Positions 38,082-48,531 of a stretch of 63,282 bases of DNA are shown here, one piece after another; position 1 is the stretch's first letter; each line of letters starts with the position of its first letter. The translations under genes were made by a program, and so were the position numbers. Under the pieces are notes generated by a model. That model saw only the letters and a list, made by a program, of their open reading frames with translations, was not told the DNA's origin and made no database searches. Source of the DNA: Chthoniobacteraceae bacterium (GTDB lineage: Bacteria; Verrucomicrobiota; Verrucomicrobiia; Chthoniobacterales; Chthoniobacteraceae). The stretch is taken from the NCBI GenBank assembly GCA_037190965.1, contig JBBCKI010000066.1, positions 1 to 63,282 of the forward strand, given 5' to 3'.

Positions 38082-40148
38082 CTAAAGCGTTCCCTTCCCG
38101 ACAAGCCCCCGGTCCACCCCACGGCTCTTGTCTTCCGCAAAGACCTCCTGAACAGCCACCGCCCCCAAACCATGCAAAAATTGCCTAGTCGAATCGGCAG
38201 AATCAGCGGAACCAGCCTCCCCATCGGCCACAAACCGGGGATCGGAACCCTCGATCCTAAGAAAGAACCGATCCGCCGAAACCCGTTCGAAGCCAGGCAC
38301 CGAGAACACCGGATCATGCAGCTTCGGCAGCCGCATGGAGATCAACATCGCAACCACCCCGCAAATCGCTGCGATAAGAATCGTCAGCTCGAACGTCACC
38401 GGGATGAATGAGGGCCAGCTATGCAACGGGCGTCCACCGACGTTGAGGGGATAGGAAATGGCCATCGCGTACCACTCCATGAAATACCCGCCTCCGCCCC
38501 CGATCAGTCCCCCCAGCAAAAACGCGAGCGGAATTCTGGAACGATGCTTCCCGATAATCCGCGCCAGCCCTTCCACGGGATAGGGCGTGTAAGCATCCAT
38601 CCGCGTGTACCCCTCCTGAGCCGCACGCCTCGCGGCCATCATCAACTCTTCCTGCCCGGTGAACTCCCCCATCATCCCGAGGCTCCGGCCCGGCCTGACA
38701 GGAGCAAGCGCGACCGGCTTTCGCGCCGGTTCCCTTCGCGAGGCGGCAGCACTGCCCGCCGAACCCGCCGAATGCGGTGCAAGCAGTTCGCGCACGTCCG
38801 TCATGGAGATCGCCGGGGCCAGCCGCAGGAACAGGAGGAAGAGCGTAAAGAATAGCCCCATGGTCCCCAGAAACGTTGCCCAATCCCACACCGTCGGCCA
38901 ATAGTGCCCCCAACTGGAGGGCAAAAAATCGCGAGTCAGGCTATTGACCACAATCATCAACCTTTCAAGCCACATCCCGAGATTGATGACAATGGAGACC
39001 GCGAAAAGCAGCCATTCGCTCGTCCGCACCCGCTGGGACCAGAGCGCCTGCGGTATGATCACATTGCAGAGCAGCACCGGATAAAAAATCGCCGAGTTAT
39101 GGCCCCAGAGCCGGGCCATTGTGGCCGCGTACTCAAAGGACTCGCTCAACAATCCCATCAAAACTTCCATGAAGTAGCCGTAGCCAACGATCAATCCGCT
39201 CACCAGCATCACGCACCCCATGTTGTTGAGATGGTGCGGAGTGATCAGGGATTGAAGCCCGAAGATCCGCCGCAAGGGGATCAGAAGCGTCAACACCATC
39301 GCGAACCCGGAATAGATCGCCCCCGCGACAAAATAAGGCGGGAAGATCGTGGAATGCCACCCGGGCAAAATCGCCACGGCAAAATCGAGACTCACCACAC
39401 TATGTACCGAAAGCACCAGCGGCGTGGCCAGACCGGCCATCAGTTTGTAAGCAATCTGATGCCGATGCCAATGAGTCACCGAACCACGCCATCCAAAAGC
39501 CAGAATGGCATAGAACCGCTGCATCCCGCGCGACGGACTCCGGTCACGCAACGTCGCAAAGTCCGGCACCAGGCCGGTGTACCAATAGAGAAGAGAGACC
39601 GTGAAATAGGTTGAAACGGCAAATGCATCCCAGACCAGCGGACTGCGAAACTGCGGCCATAGCCCCATCGTATCCGGGTAGGGAAACAGGAAATAGAAGA
39701 CCTGAGGCCTGCCCAGGTGCAGCAGCGGAAAGAGCCCCGCGCACATCACGGCAAAGATCGTCATCGCCTCCGCAAGCCGGTTGATCGAATTCCTCCACGG
39801 CTGCGCCAGCAAAAGAAGAATGGCCGAGATCAGTGTGCCCGCATGGCCGATCCCGATCCACCAGACGAAGTTGACGATTGCAAACCCCCACGCCACGGGA
39901 ATATCGACACCCCAGATACCAATGCCCCGCAAAAAGAGCCACGCCACCGCGACCAGCAACATGAACAGCATCCCTGACGAAACTACAAACGCCGCCCACC
40001 ACCACCAGGAGCGAATCCGTACGAGTGGAATCGAGGCCACATCGTCGGTGACCGTTGTCAGCGTCGTCCCGGGTTCCACAAGCCGCTGCGGATAGCCGAG
40101 CGGCGAGACGGGAGGAGGAACATCGGGCGGTGGAGGAATCTCACTCAT
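38082..40148 (-). CDS. actC: Fused ActC (NrfD/PsrC family) - ActD (DUF3341-like) subunit
   Basis: NFVWWIGIGHAGTLISA and LVLSVHSVVS.DFA (ActC) continue in frame into MDAYTPYPVEGL, YPLNVGGRP.HSWPSFIPVTFELTIL (ActD). Confidence 0.9.
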   Translation of the reverse strand: MSEIPPPPDVPPPVSPLGYPQRLVEPGTTLTTVTDDVASIPLVRIRSWWWWAAFVVSSGMLFMLLVAVAWLFLRGIGIWGVDIPVAWGFAIVNFVWWIGIGHAGTLISAILLLLAQPWRNSINRLAEAMTIFAVMCAGLFPLLHLGRPQVFYFLFPYPDTMGLWPQFRSPLVWDAFAVSTYFTVSLLYWYTGLVPDFATLRDRSPSRGMQRFYAILAFGWRGSVTHWHRHQIAYKLMAGLATPLVLSVHSVVSLDFAVAILPGWHSTIFPPYFVAGAIYSGFAMVLTLLIPLRRIFGLQSLITPHHLNNMGCVMLVSGLIVGYGYFMEVLMGLLSESFEYAATMARLWGHNSAIFYPVLLCNVIIPQALWSQRVRTSEWLLFAVSIVINLGMWLERLMIVVNSLTRDFLPSSWGHYWPTVWDWATFLGTMGLFFTLFLLFLRLAPAISMTDVRELLAPHSAGSAGSAAASRREPARKPVALAPVRPGRSLGMMGEFTGQEELMMAARRAAQEGYTRMDAYTPYPVEGLARIIGKHRSRIPLAFLLGGLIGGGGGYFMEWYAMAISYPLNVGGRPLHSWPSFIPVTFELTILIAAICGVVAMLISMRLPKLHDPVFSVPGFERVSADRFFLRIEGSDPRFVADGEAGSADSADSTRQFLHGLGAVAVQEVFAEDKSRGVDRGLVGKGTL

Positions 40149-43048
40149 GATTCACTAGGCAAAGGATTCCGCACCCGCGCCAGATAAGTCGTGCGCGGAC
40201 GGGTGTTGAGTTCCTCAAGCAGCGCGTAGTCGAGCGGACTTTGTTTGCGCTTGGCCACGCGGCTTTCCGGATCATTGCGGTTTCCAAACACGATCACCCC
40301 CGTGGGACAGACCTGCGCGCACGCGGGCGTGACTTCGCCATCGCGGATCGCCCGGTTTTCAATCGATGAGCGAATCCGGGCCTCGCTGATCCGCTGCACG
40401 CAATAGGTACATTTTTCCATGACGCCGCGCGCCCGCACGGTCACATCCGGGTTGGCCATCAGCAGGAGCGGCTCCCTGGCGTTCTGCTCCGCATAGCGGA
40501 AGAAGTTGAACCGGCGAACCTTGTAAGGGCAGTTATTGGAGCAATAGCGAGTGCCGATGCACCGGTTATAAATCTGAAGGTTTAGCCCCCCATGGTCGTG
40601 CACCGTCGCCGCGACCGGGCAGACCGGCTCGCACGGCGCGAGTTCGCAATGCATGCACGGCACCGGCTGATGCGCGATGACCGGCGCATCCGGGCTTCCG
40701 AAGTAATATGAGTCAATCCGGATCCAATGCATCTCTCGCCCTCGCATCACCTCCTCCCGGCCCACCGAAGGGATATTGTTCTCGGCCTGGCAGGCCATCA
40801 TGCACGCGTTACAGGCGATGCAACGGCTCAGGTCGATGCTCATCGCCCAGGCGTTCCCGTCCGTCATCGTCTCCGTCAGGTTAAAGAGCGTTGGCGGCGG
40901 CTCCTGACGCGTGGGATAGCGAGCCTCCAGTTCCGCCAAAGTACCGATCCGCAGCAGATCGCGGCCCGCAACCAGATGATGATGCTGCGTCATCGCAATC
41001 TCGCTGCGGCGGCCCGTTTTCTCCAGCGATACCGCGCAACGCCATGGCTCCGCGCTTGTTCGAAAAGGGTAGGCGTCGGTTCCGCCTTTGTCCTTCCCCG
41101 AGGATTTCCACAGCCCCCCGCCCAATGCAATCGCCACGGTTCCCTCGGCCATTCCCGGCTGCACCAGTACCGGCGCTTCCAATACCGATCCCGATTGATT
41201 CCGAAGCCTAACCTCATCGCCCGTCGTGAGACCGAGCCGTCCTGCCGACACCGGCGAAATCAGCAACGCGTTCTCCCACGAGAGCTTGGAGATCGGCCTG
41301 GGCAGTTCCTGCAACCAAACGTTCTCCGCATACCGACCGTCCCAAAGCGAACCGTCGGGAGTAAACACCAGTTCCAACGACGATGCCGATGCAGTCACCG
41401 CCTGAAGCGTTTCTTTGACACCGGGCGCGCCGACGCGATTTGGCATCCCTTGCCAAGGAGCCGTGGTGTCACGCACCACTCCATCGTGCAGAGCTCGCCG
41501 CCATTCCGCTTCGTCTTTCATCCAATGCTCCCGCACAATCTCGCCTGAGCTACGCCCCGGAGGCCGCGCCACGGCATCGAGGATCTCCAGCACGGAACGC
41601 CCGCCATAAAGCGGCTCGATCATTGGTTGCACGATGCTTGCCGTCCCGTCGAACGCACGCGTATCCCCCCAGGCCTCCAACGCATGCGCTTGCGGGATGT
41701 GCCAGGTGGCCGCCCGCGCAGTGTCGTCGTGGTACAACCCGCAATAAACACTCAACTCCGCCCGGCGCATCGCTTCGGAAAACCTGAGATCGCCCGGTGC
41801 TGTGCGCGCCCAGTTCCCACCGCCCAGCATCAACAAGACTCGCACCTTGTCTTCATGCAAGGCTTCCGCTAAATCGCGCAGCGATTGCGCCTGATTCATC
41901 GGGTTCGCCTCCACCGGCTCCATCCACCCCACCGCACCATTCTCTTCCAATGCGGCGTTCATCGCGTAGATCAGCGCGTGAACCTCCGGCGGCTGTTCCA
42001 TTCCAGCGATAATCACCCCTCCCCCGCCCGCGCGCAGATCCTCACCCACTCGGGCCGCCCACGCCGCCGCCTCAGCGGAGCCGGAAGGCGCGGCCAGCCC
42101 CAGTCGCGCCGCCAACGCCGATGCATAGTCAGCGATCCCCGTATGTCCGACGGCACACCGTTCGTCGGCAAAGGTACCGGTGATCGTCGGCACACTTTCC
42201 ACTGCATACAGCCTGCTCATCCCCTTCTGCTCGCGCCTGGCCATCAGGTCATGCGCGTATCGCACACTGCCGGGCATGGCGAAAAGGAAATCAGCCCCGA
42301 ATGAAACTACCACCCTCGCTTTGTCGAAACGGTATTGCGGGTTCAGGGGCCGTCCGAATGCCTGGGTTGTCGCGACAAACTCCGCATCCCGGTTCAATGG
42401 TTCATAAGTATGCCACCGGGCCTCGGGATAACGCCGCGTCAACTCCTGCCACTGCGCCGCAAAAGTCGGGGAAGTCACCATCCCCGTCAGCAAATGCAGC
42501 CCTGCGCCACCCGGCGGCAGCCGCCCAAGCGCCGCAAGAAGCTCACCCTGAAACGCCGGCCACGTGGCAGCCTCTCCCTTCTTGAGAAGACCGGTGGAGC
42601 GCGCCGGGTTGTAGAGATCGAGAATCGCCGCCTGTTCGAAGAGGCTTGTCGCTCCAAGGCTTGCAGGATGTCCCGGGTTCCCTTCGATCTTCGTCGGTCT
42701 TCCTTCGTGAGTCTCCACCAATACCCCTCGTCCAAACCCGCCAAACTCCAGCGCGCTCGCGTAATAGAGCGGCTTGCCGGGAACGATCTGCTCGGGCTGC
42801 TGGACATACGGAACAATCTTCCCCCGGGGGCGCACCGTACAACCGCCCAGCCCCGCCAGACCGGCGAGACCAAGGGTTCCGCCGAGCAATCGCAGAAAAT
42901 CGCGCCGCCCCATCCCATCCGTCGCGTCGGGTGGCACCGCAAACTCACGCTCCAGCAACTCCTGGAATTCAGCACCGCCCGCCAACTCCTCCAGGCACCG
43001 CCACCCGGGCCCGGATTCGAAAGCGGCTTTGATGCGGTTGAGATCCAT
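40145..43048 (-). CDS. actB: Alternative complex III subunit ActB (molybdopterin-oxidoreductase-like plus FeS domain)
   Basis: Tat motif RRDFL, EGRPTKIEGNP.HP, CIACNACMMAC, CMHC..APCEPVCP, CIGTRYCSNNCP and GVMEKCTYC. Confidence 0.94.
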   Translation of the reverse strand: MDLNRIKAAFESGPGWRCLEELAGGAEFQELLEREFAVPPDATDGMGRRDFLRLLGGTLGLAGLAGLGGCTVRPRGKIVPYVQQPEQIVPGKPLYYASALEFGGFGRGVLVETHEGRPTKIEGNPGHPASLGATSLFEQAAILDLYNPARSTGLLKKGEAATWPAFQGELLAALGRLPPGGAGLHLLTGMVTSPTFAAQWQELTRRYPEARWHTYEPLNRDAEFVATTQAFGRPLNPQYRFDKARVVVSFGADFLFAMPGSVRYAHDLMARREQKGMSRLYAVESVPTITGTFADERCAVGHTGIADYASALAARLGLAAPSGSAEAAAWAARVGEDLRAGGGGVIIAGMEQPPEVHALIYAMNAALEENGAVGWMEPVEANPMNQAQSLRDLAEALHEDKVRVLLMLGGGNWARTAPGDLRFSEAMRRAELSVYCGLYHDDTARAATWHIPQAHALEAWGDTRAFDGTASIVQPMIEPLYGGRSVLEILDAVARPPGRSSGEIVREHWMKDEAEWRRALHDGVVRDTTAPWQGMPNRVGAPGVKETLQAVTASASSLELVFTPDGSLWDGRYAENVWLQELPRPISKLSWENALLISPVSAGRLGLTTGDEVRLRNQSGSVLEAPVLVQPGMAEGTVAIALGGGLWKSSGKDKGGTDAYPFRTSAEPWRCAVSLEKTGRRSEIAMTQHHHLVAGRDLLRIGTLAELEARYPTRQEPPPTLFNLTETMTDGNAWAMSIDLSRCIACNACMMACQAENNIPSVGREEVMRGREMHWIRIDSYYFGSPDAPVIAHQPVPCMHCELAPCEPVCPVAATVHDHGGLNLQIYNRCIGTRYCSNNCPYKVRRFNFFRYAEQNAREPLLLMANPDVTVRARGVMEKCTYCVQRISEARIRSSIENRAIRDGEVTPACAQVCPTGVIVFGNRNDPESRVAKRKQSPLDYALLEELNTRPRTTYLARVRNPLPSES

Positions 43049-43054
43049 GATGAA

Positions 43055-43705
43055 CTAGCGATGGCAGGCGCTACAATCGAGAAGGTTGACCGTACTGACG
43101 CGGTGGGTGATGAGCCGCTCCTCGCCAACCTCCCTCGGCGGATTTTGTGAGGCCATGTTGAAGACTTCGGCGCGGTCCCGCAGAATGCCCGCCGGATGGG
43201 TGTGACACTCAAGGCACCACCGCATGTAAAACGAGTTTGCCTTGGCAATGACCGGCATCTCATCCACGCGCCCGTGACAACTCACGCAGCTCACTCCCTT
43301 GGCCACGTGCACGCTGTGGTTGAAGTAAACGTAGTCAGGCAGGTTATTGACCCGGTTCCAGCGGATCGGCTGGTTTTTGACAAAGCTCTCGCGAACCGGC
43401 GCGAGCACCCGCGCTTCCGTCCAGAGCTGCGAATGGCAAGTCATGCAGGTCTGCGTGGCCGGAATGCCCGCATAAGCCGCCGTTTCGACTCCGGTATGAC
43501 AGTAGCGGCAGTCAATCCCCAGCCCGGCAACATGATGTTCATGGCTGAATGGCACGGGCTGCTCGATCGGAATGCCGACCGCCGTGGCATAAGGCGAATT
43601 AAAAACCAGCCAGACACCCCCCGCCAGCAAAAGGAGCATCACCACGACTCCCACCAGCACCCCCGGGGCGACCGTGTTGCTGGCTGGAGAGAATAGTTGA
43701 GCCAT
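43055..43705 (-). CDS. actA: Alternative complex III pentaheme cytochrome c ActA
   Basis: Five CxxCH motifs (CRYCH, CMTCH, CVSCH, CLECH, CSACH), QPVPFSH.HH and an N-terminal TM helix. Confidence 0.94.
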   Translation of the reverse strand: MAQLFSPASNTVAPGVLVGVVVMLLLLAGGVWLVFNSPYATAVGIPIEQPVPFSHEHHVAGLGIDCRYCHTGVETAAYAGIPATQTCMTCHSQLWTEARVLAPVRESFVKNQPIRWNRVNNLPDYVYFNHSVHVAKGVSCVSCHGRVDEMPVIAKANSFYMRWCLECHTHPAGILRDRAEVFNMASQNPPREVGEERLITHRVSTVNLLDCSACHR

Positions 43706-43817
43706 TATGTTGCTGCTTAGGAACGCAACAGCTCATTCGTTTCTCCCCGTTCTTGCGGACTTATCTCGAACTCCGACGTTGGAGCGGACGAACTGGAGCA
43801 ATAGGTCAAGCACGCAA

Positions 43818-43974
43818 GGTAGACCGCTCGCCGTCGAGCGCGGGTATCGATTTTTTGGCTTCATGAGGGGCGCATCCCAATCCCCGTAGCCCGTCCTGCG
43901 GGGATGACGTCAAACGCGACTCTTCATCGATCCCGCGCTCGACGGCGCGAGCGTGCTACCGGCGCTCCCGCACC
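43818..43974. repeat. GTAG-type REP doublet family A, full copy
   Basis: GGTAGACCGCTCGCCGTCGAGCGCGGGTATCG ... CGATCCCGCGCTCGACGGCGCGAGCGTGCTACC. Confidence 0.88.
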
Positions 43975-43979
43975 GTACT

Positions 43980-45572
43980 TCAGGCCATGCGCTGAACGAT
44001 CAGCAACGCCTCCAAACGCGCCAACGCCTCCGCCTCGCGCGCAAGGCAGGCGGAATGATGTTCAAAGAACCGGGGAGCCGCCATTTCCGGCGTCCATTGG
44101 GTCAGGCTGCCGTTGATCTTGCGATCCATGCCCCCAGTCGAGAACAGAGAAAAATATTGCCGGTAAGAAATGCCGACAAACGGCTCGAAGCGGACCGCTT
44201 TTGCCCTATCACCGAGTGCGCCCGTTCCCCCTTCGCCGTCGATGCAGACGGAATCGGAGTAAAGCTGCTTGGTGAAACTCTTGGGGTATGGCTCCACGTA
44301 GACGACGCGTTTGAGCCCGGAGGCGACAATATGTTTCGCGCAGTTGTGACACGGGAAGGTGGTGGTATAGAGCGTGCACCCTTCCACGGCGATCCCCCGC
44401 TTCGCCGCGTCCATCAGCGCGGCCATCTCCGCATGAACGGAGCGCCCGTACTCGATCACCTTCATCAACTCCGCCTGCCGCAAGGCCGATCCCGCGCTCA
44501 TCGCCTTCTCCAGCAGTTCGCCTTCGCCACATTTCTCCAACGACGCGTCGAGCCAGCCGCTCTGCTGCAATCGCGTCAGGATATCGCGCAGGAAAAGCGT
44601 CTTCATCTGGTCGTTGAAATCGTACCCGCGCAAATGATCGCGCGAATCCCCCTCGTCTCCCTCCCAGTAGAGCCCGCCGCCCGCCTTCGGCACGTCGTTG
44701 CACCCCAGGGCGATCAGTTCCCCTTCCGCCGTGCAGATCGAGGCCCCCACCTGCCGCGCGGGCGAGGAAGAACGTACCCCGGCCGTCACCGCGTGAAACA
44801 TGCCATACTCGTCCCGCGTCGGCGCGTGAAAGAGATTGCCGAAGAGCAGCTCGACAATGCGGGAAAGGGACCTCTCCAGCGCCTCCGGCTCGCCATCGGC
44901 CTCCACAAAGAAATCGGCCAGCGGAAAGGTTGCCTCCACATTGCGCCCGAAGACCCCCTCGGGCTCCTCGTCATCCCGATGCAGGATGGCTGCCGCGAGC
45001 GCATCCGGATCGAGCGAAGGGGCTCCGTTGCCCGCCTGAAGAATCCTGTCACGCAGAAAGCGGCGACGCGAATCCTTGGAAGCATAGGCCCCGACGGCGA
45101 TAAAACTCTTCCCGTAAACTTCGCGCAGCAAAGCGACTTCCTCGGGCGTTTTCAAGGAACGGATGACATACGCCGTCTTCACGGAATGCAGGCCGCCCTT
45201 TTCCCGCTCCTCCCGGATCGCCCGCATCACCAACAACGCCATGGCGGCCTTCGATTCAAGATTGGAGCGGAATCGATTCCCGGCATCCATCAGCGCATGG
45301 TAATACTCCTCCACGGCCTCCGATGAATGCGAATCGGAGGGCTTCGGCCCCCACCCCTCCAACTGCGCGAGCCTCTCGATGACATGGATCTCCCGAGTCG
45401 CGTACCCGACCCGCGACAAAATCTTTTCCAGGCAGATGCTGACCCGGCGCATCTGCGCGCCGACCGCGCCAATCAACCCGATATAAAGCTCGGGCCCTTC
45501 CCCCTGTCCTGCCCGGGCTTCGTGATGATGCACTTGCTGTGCGTGATGGAGCGAATTAAGGGCGTGTGTCAT
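43980..45572 (-). CDS. Anti-phage dCTP deaminase (AvcD/Dcd-like: P-loop kinase-like domain plus Zn deaminase)
   Basis: ELYIGLIGAVGA, YVIRSLKTPEEV.LLR.VYG, PT.DEYGM, RS....RQVGA, GCNDVPK.GGG, HAEM.A, TTFPCHNCAKHIV and YVEPYPKS motifs. Start taken at ATG 45572. Confidence 0.9.
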   Translation of the reverse strand: MTHALNSLHHAQQVHHHEARAGQGEGPELYIGLIGAVGAQMRRVSICLEKILSRVGYATREIHVIERLAQLEGWGPKPSDSHSSEAVEEYYHALMDAGNRFRSNLESKAAMALLVMRAIREEREKGGLHSVKTAYVIRSLKTPEEVALLREVYGKSFIAVGAYASKDSRRRFLRDRILQAGNGAPSLDPDALAAAILHRDDEEPEGVFGRNVEATFPLADFFVEADGEPEALERSLSRIVELLFGNLFHAPTRDEYGMFHAVTAGVRSSSPARQVGASICTAEGELIALGCNDVPKAGGGLYWEGDEGDSRDHLRGYDFNDQMKTLFLRDILTRLQQSGWLDASLEKCGEGELLEKAMSAGSALRQAELMKVIEYGRSVHAEMAALMDAAKRGIAVEGCTLYTTTFPCHNCAKHIVASGLKRVVYVEPYPKSFTKQLYSDSVCIDGEGGTGALGDRAKAVRFEPFVGISYRQYFSLFSTGGMDRKINGSLTQWTPEMAAPRFFEHHSACLAREAEALARLEALLIVQRMA

Positions 45573-45695
45573 TCGTACGCTTTCGGGCCGTCCCGGCGGG
45601 AGCGCCTCGGATACCCATGCGTTACCAAATTGCACACCTCACCTCAATCTGCAACCCCCGCAACTTTCCCTGAGTCTCGGGCAAGGGGTTTCCTC

Positions 45696-45863
45696 AGAAG
45701 CTGTGAAAAAAGTGATGAAGCAGCCCCGGAGGAGCTATTTTTGAATGATAGCGAAATGGCGACGACCGCCTGTATTCAAGGAATACAGAAGGAAGAAGCC
45801 ATGCAGCTAGCGCGCCAAAAAGAGCCCTTCCGCGGCGCTTTGAGGACTTTTTTCACAGCTTCT
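45696..45863. mobile_element. MITE-like element with 18-bp terminal inverted repeats
   Basis: AGAAGCTGTGAAAAAAGT (45696-45713) / ACTTTTTTCACAGCTTCT (45846-45863), a perfect IR with no coding capacity inside. Confidence 0.7.
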
Positions 45864-46597
45864 CAGCCCGCCAGCGTCGCTACTCCCAGAAAGTCACGCA
45901 CGAAATTGTTCGCCGGGTATTGCTGAAGCCCCGACGGGCTCCCCACCTGCTGCACGACGCCCTCGTGAAGCACGATCACCTCGTCGGCCACTTCGAACGC
46001 TTCTTCCTGGTCATGGGTCACAAACAAGCTCGTGATGTGCGTTTCGTCATGAAATCGGCGCAGCCATGCCCGCAATTCCTTGCGCACCTTCGCGTCGAGC
46101 GCGCCAAACGGCTCGTCGAGAAGCAGCACGCGCGGCTCGATGGCCAGCGCCCGCGCCAGGGCGATGCGCTGTCGCTGCCCGCCGGAAAGTTGCGACGGGA
46201 AACGATCCACCAGCGCCTCCAGTTGCACGAGCTTCAAGAGCTTGTGAACCCGGTCACGGATCTCCTTTTTCGAAGGACGCGTTTTTGCCGGCCGCACCTT
46301 GAGCCCGAACGCCACGTTCTCGAAAACGTTCATATGCTGAAAGAGCGCGTAATGCTGGAAGGCAAAGCCAGCACGCCGCTCGTAGGCGCTCTTCTCCGTC
46401 ACCTCCTCGCCGTGAAAAAAGATCTTCCCGGCATTGGGAAACTCCAACCCCGCGATCAGCCGCAACAGCGTCGTCTTGCCCGAGCCGCTCGGCCCCAACA
46501 GGGCGACCAGCTTCCCGGTCGCGACGGAAACCGAGGTGCTCTTGAGCGCGGGATATTTCCCGAAACTCTTCACCAATCCTTCGACGCGGATACTCAT
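45863..46597 (-). CDS. cysA: Sulfate ABC transporter ATP-binding protein (short, no C-terminal TOBE region)
   Basis: [35 protein letters not shown] and [13 protein letters not shown] motifs. Confidence 0.93.
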   Translation of the reverse strand: MSIRVEGLVKSFGKYPALKSTSVSVATGKLVALLGPSGSGKTTLLRLIAGLEFPNAGKIFFHGEEVTEKSAYERRAGFAFQHYALFQHMNVFENVAFGLKVRPAKTRPSKKEIRDRVHKLLKLVQLEALVDRFPSQLSGGQRQRIALARALAIEPRVLLLDEPFGALDAKVRKELRAWLRRFHDETHITSLFVTHDQEEAFEVADEVIVLHEGVVQQVGSPSGLQQYPANNFVRDFLGVATLAG

Positions 46598-47583
46598 GAT
46601 TGTTTGGCTCCCTCGGCGGTGGCATTGGCAAGCGCCCGGGCGTGGTCAGCCAGCGCCGTGCTCAGGTAACGTTCACCCGTGCTGCAACCGACCGTCACGA
46701 TCAGCTTCCCTTTGTTCTCGGGCCGTTTGGCTGTTTCGATCGCGGCGAAGACGTTCGCACCGGTCGAAATCCCCACCAGCAACCCTTCGAGACTCGCCAG
46801 CTTGCGGGCCGTTTCGAAAGCGTCCTCGTTGCTGACCGTCAATACTTCGTCGATAATCCCGAGGTTCAGATTCCTCGGCACGAACCCCGCGCCCGTTCCC
46901 TGGATCTTGTGAGGCCCCGGCTTGATGACATCCCCCGCGAGCGTCTGGGAAATCACCGGGGAATCCTTCGGCTCCACCGCGATGGCGCGGAACTCCGGCC
47001 TGCGCGATTTGATGACCTCGCCCACGCCGGTGATCGTCCCGCCCGTACCGACCGCCGACACAAAAATGTCAATGGCTCCGTCGGTATCAGCCCAGATCTC
47101 CTCCGCCGTCGTGCGGCGATGGACCTCCGGGTTCGCCGGGTTCTCGAACTGCCGGGGCAACCAGGCATTCTTGCTTTCCGCGACGATCTCTTCCGCCTTT
47201 GCAATCGCCGCCTTCATCCCTCCCGCAGCGGGAGTGAGCACGAGCTTGGCGCCAAGCAAAGCAAGGAGAGTGCGCCGCTCCAGGCTCATCGTCTCAGGCA
47301 TCGTGAGCACCAGGTTATAGCCACGGGCAGCCGCGACGAATGCCAGCGCGATGCCGGTATTGCCGGAGGTTGCCTCCACGATCAACGTCTCCTTGTTGAT
47401 GCAGCCTTCCTTCTCAGCCGCGTCGATCATCGCCCTGCCGATCCGGTCCTTAACGCTTCCGAGGGGATTAAAAAACTCGCCCTTTATGGCAATCGTCGCG
47501 TCAAGCCCCTCGCTGAGGCGGTTTAGGCGAATGAGAGGAGTCCTGCCGATGACTTCAGTGACGTTGGAATAGATATTAGCCAT
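46594..47583 (-). CDS. cysK: Cysteine synthase A
   Basis: [11 protein letters not shown] (PLP Lys), TSGNTG, GTGGT and PHKIQG motifs. Confidence 0.97.
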   Translation of the reverse strand: MANIYSNVTEVIGRTPLIRLNRLSEGLDATIAIKGEFFNPLGSVKDRIGRAMIDAAEKEGCINKETLIVEATSGNTGIALAFVAAARGYNLVLTMPETMSLERRTLLALLGAKLVLTPAAGGMKAAIAKAEEIVAESKNAWLPRQFENPANPEVHRRTTAEEIWADTDGAIDIFVSAVGTGGTITGVGEVIKSRRPEFRAIAVEPKDSPVISQTLAGDVIKPGPHKIQGTGAGFVPRNLNLGIIDEVLTVSNEDAFETARKLASLEGLLVGISTGANVFAAIETAKRPENKGKLIVTVGCSTGERYLSTALADHARALANATAEGAKQS

Positions 47584-47613
47584 AAGATAAATAGTTGTTT
47601 AAGGGTAATGAAA

Positions 47614-48504
47614 CTAGTGATTTTGCGCCTGCCCGAGCTGTTGTCTCGCGCGCCATTCGATGAAGCCCTTCAAGCCAAGCGTGACCAGAGCCAACAGCGA
47701 GAGCAGCGAAGCAAGGGCAAAGGAAGCGGCAAAAGCATATTCGTTATAAAGGATCTCAATCTGGAGCGGGATCGTATTGGTCTGCCCGCGAATGTGCCCG
47801 GAGACCACCGACACCGCGCCGAACTCGCCCATCGCGCGGGCGTTGCAAAGAATGATGCCGTAGAGAAGCCCCCACTTGATCTTCGGCAGCGTGACATAGC
47901 GAAACACCTGCCAACCCCGTGCGCCGAGCGTGATGGCGGCTTCCTCCTCGGCAACTCCCTGCGCCTGCATGAGAGGGATCAACCCGCGGGCCACGAACGG
48001 AAAGGTGACGAACACCGTCGCCAGCACAATCCCCGGCGTGGCAAAGATGATCTTGATCTTATGCTCCTGAAGCAAGGGCCAAAGGAAACCGTGCGAACCG
48101 AAGAGCAGCACATAGATCAATCCTCCGATGACCGGGGAAACCCAGAGCGGCAGGTCGATCAACGTCGTCAGCAGTTGTTTTCCCCGAAACTCGAACCGCG
48201 AGATCGCCCACGCCGCCACCACGCCGAAGAACGTATTGGCGGGCACGGCGATAGCCGCGGCCAGCAGCGTCAGCTTGATCGCCGCGAGGGAAACGGGGTC
48301 CTTGAAGGCGGCGAAGTAAGCTTCCGCGCCTTTGCGGAACCCTTCGGCAAACACCGCCGCCAGCGGCAGCAGGAGAAAGGTGGCAAAGAAGAGCAGCGTG
48401 ATGCCGATCAACGTCCAGCGGACGTAGGGCCCTTCTTCAGTCGCGCGCCTTGGGCGCAGCCCGGTGCGCGCGGCAGTGGATAAATCTTGGATGGCTCCGG
48501 CCAT
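47614..48504 (-). CDS. cysW: Sulfate ABC transporter permease CysW
   Basis: DLP..VSPVIGGL, FVTFPFVAR and LCNARAMGEFGAVSVVSGHIRG motifs. Confidence 0.96.
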   Translation of the reverse strand: MAGAIQDLSTAARTGLRPRRATEEGPYVRWTLIGITLLFFATFLLLPLAAVFAEGFRKGAEAYFAAFKDPVSLAAIKLTLLAAAIAVPANTFFGVVAAWAISRFEFRGKQLLTTLIDLPLWVSPVIGGLIYVLLFGSHGFLWPLLQEHKIKIIFATPGIVLATVFVTFPFVARGLIPLMQAQGVAEEEAAITLGARGWQVFRYVTLPKIKWGLLYGIILCNARAMGEFGAVSVVSGHIRGQTNTIPLQIEILYNEYAFAASFALASLLSLLALVTLGLKGFIEWRARQQLGQAQNH

Positions 48505-48531
48505 AGAGAAATTCTTTCTAGTTTAGGAAGT

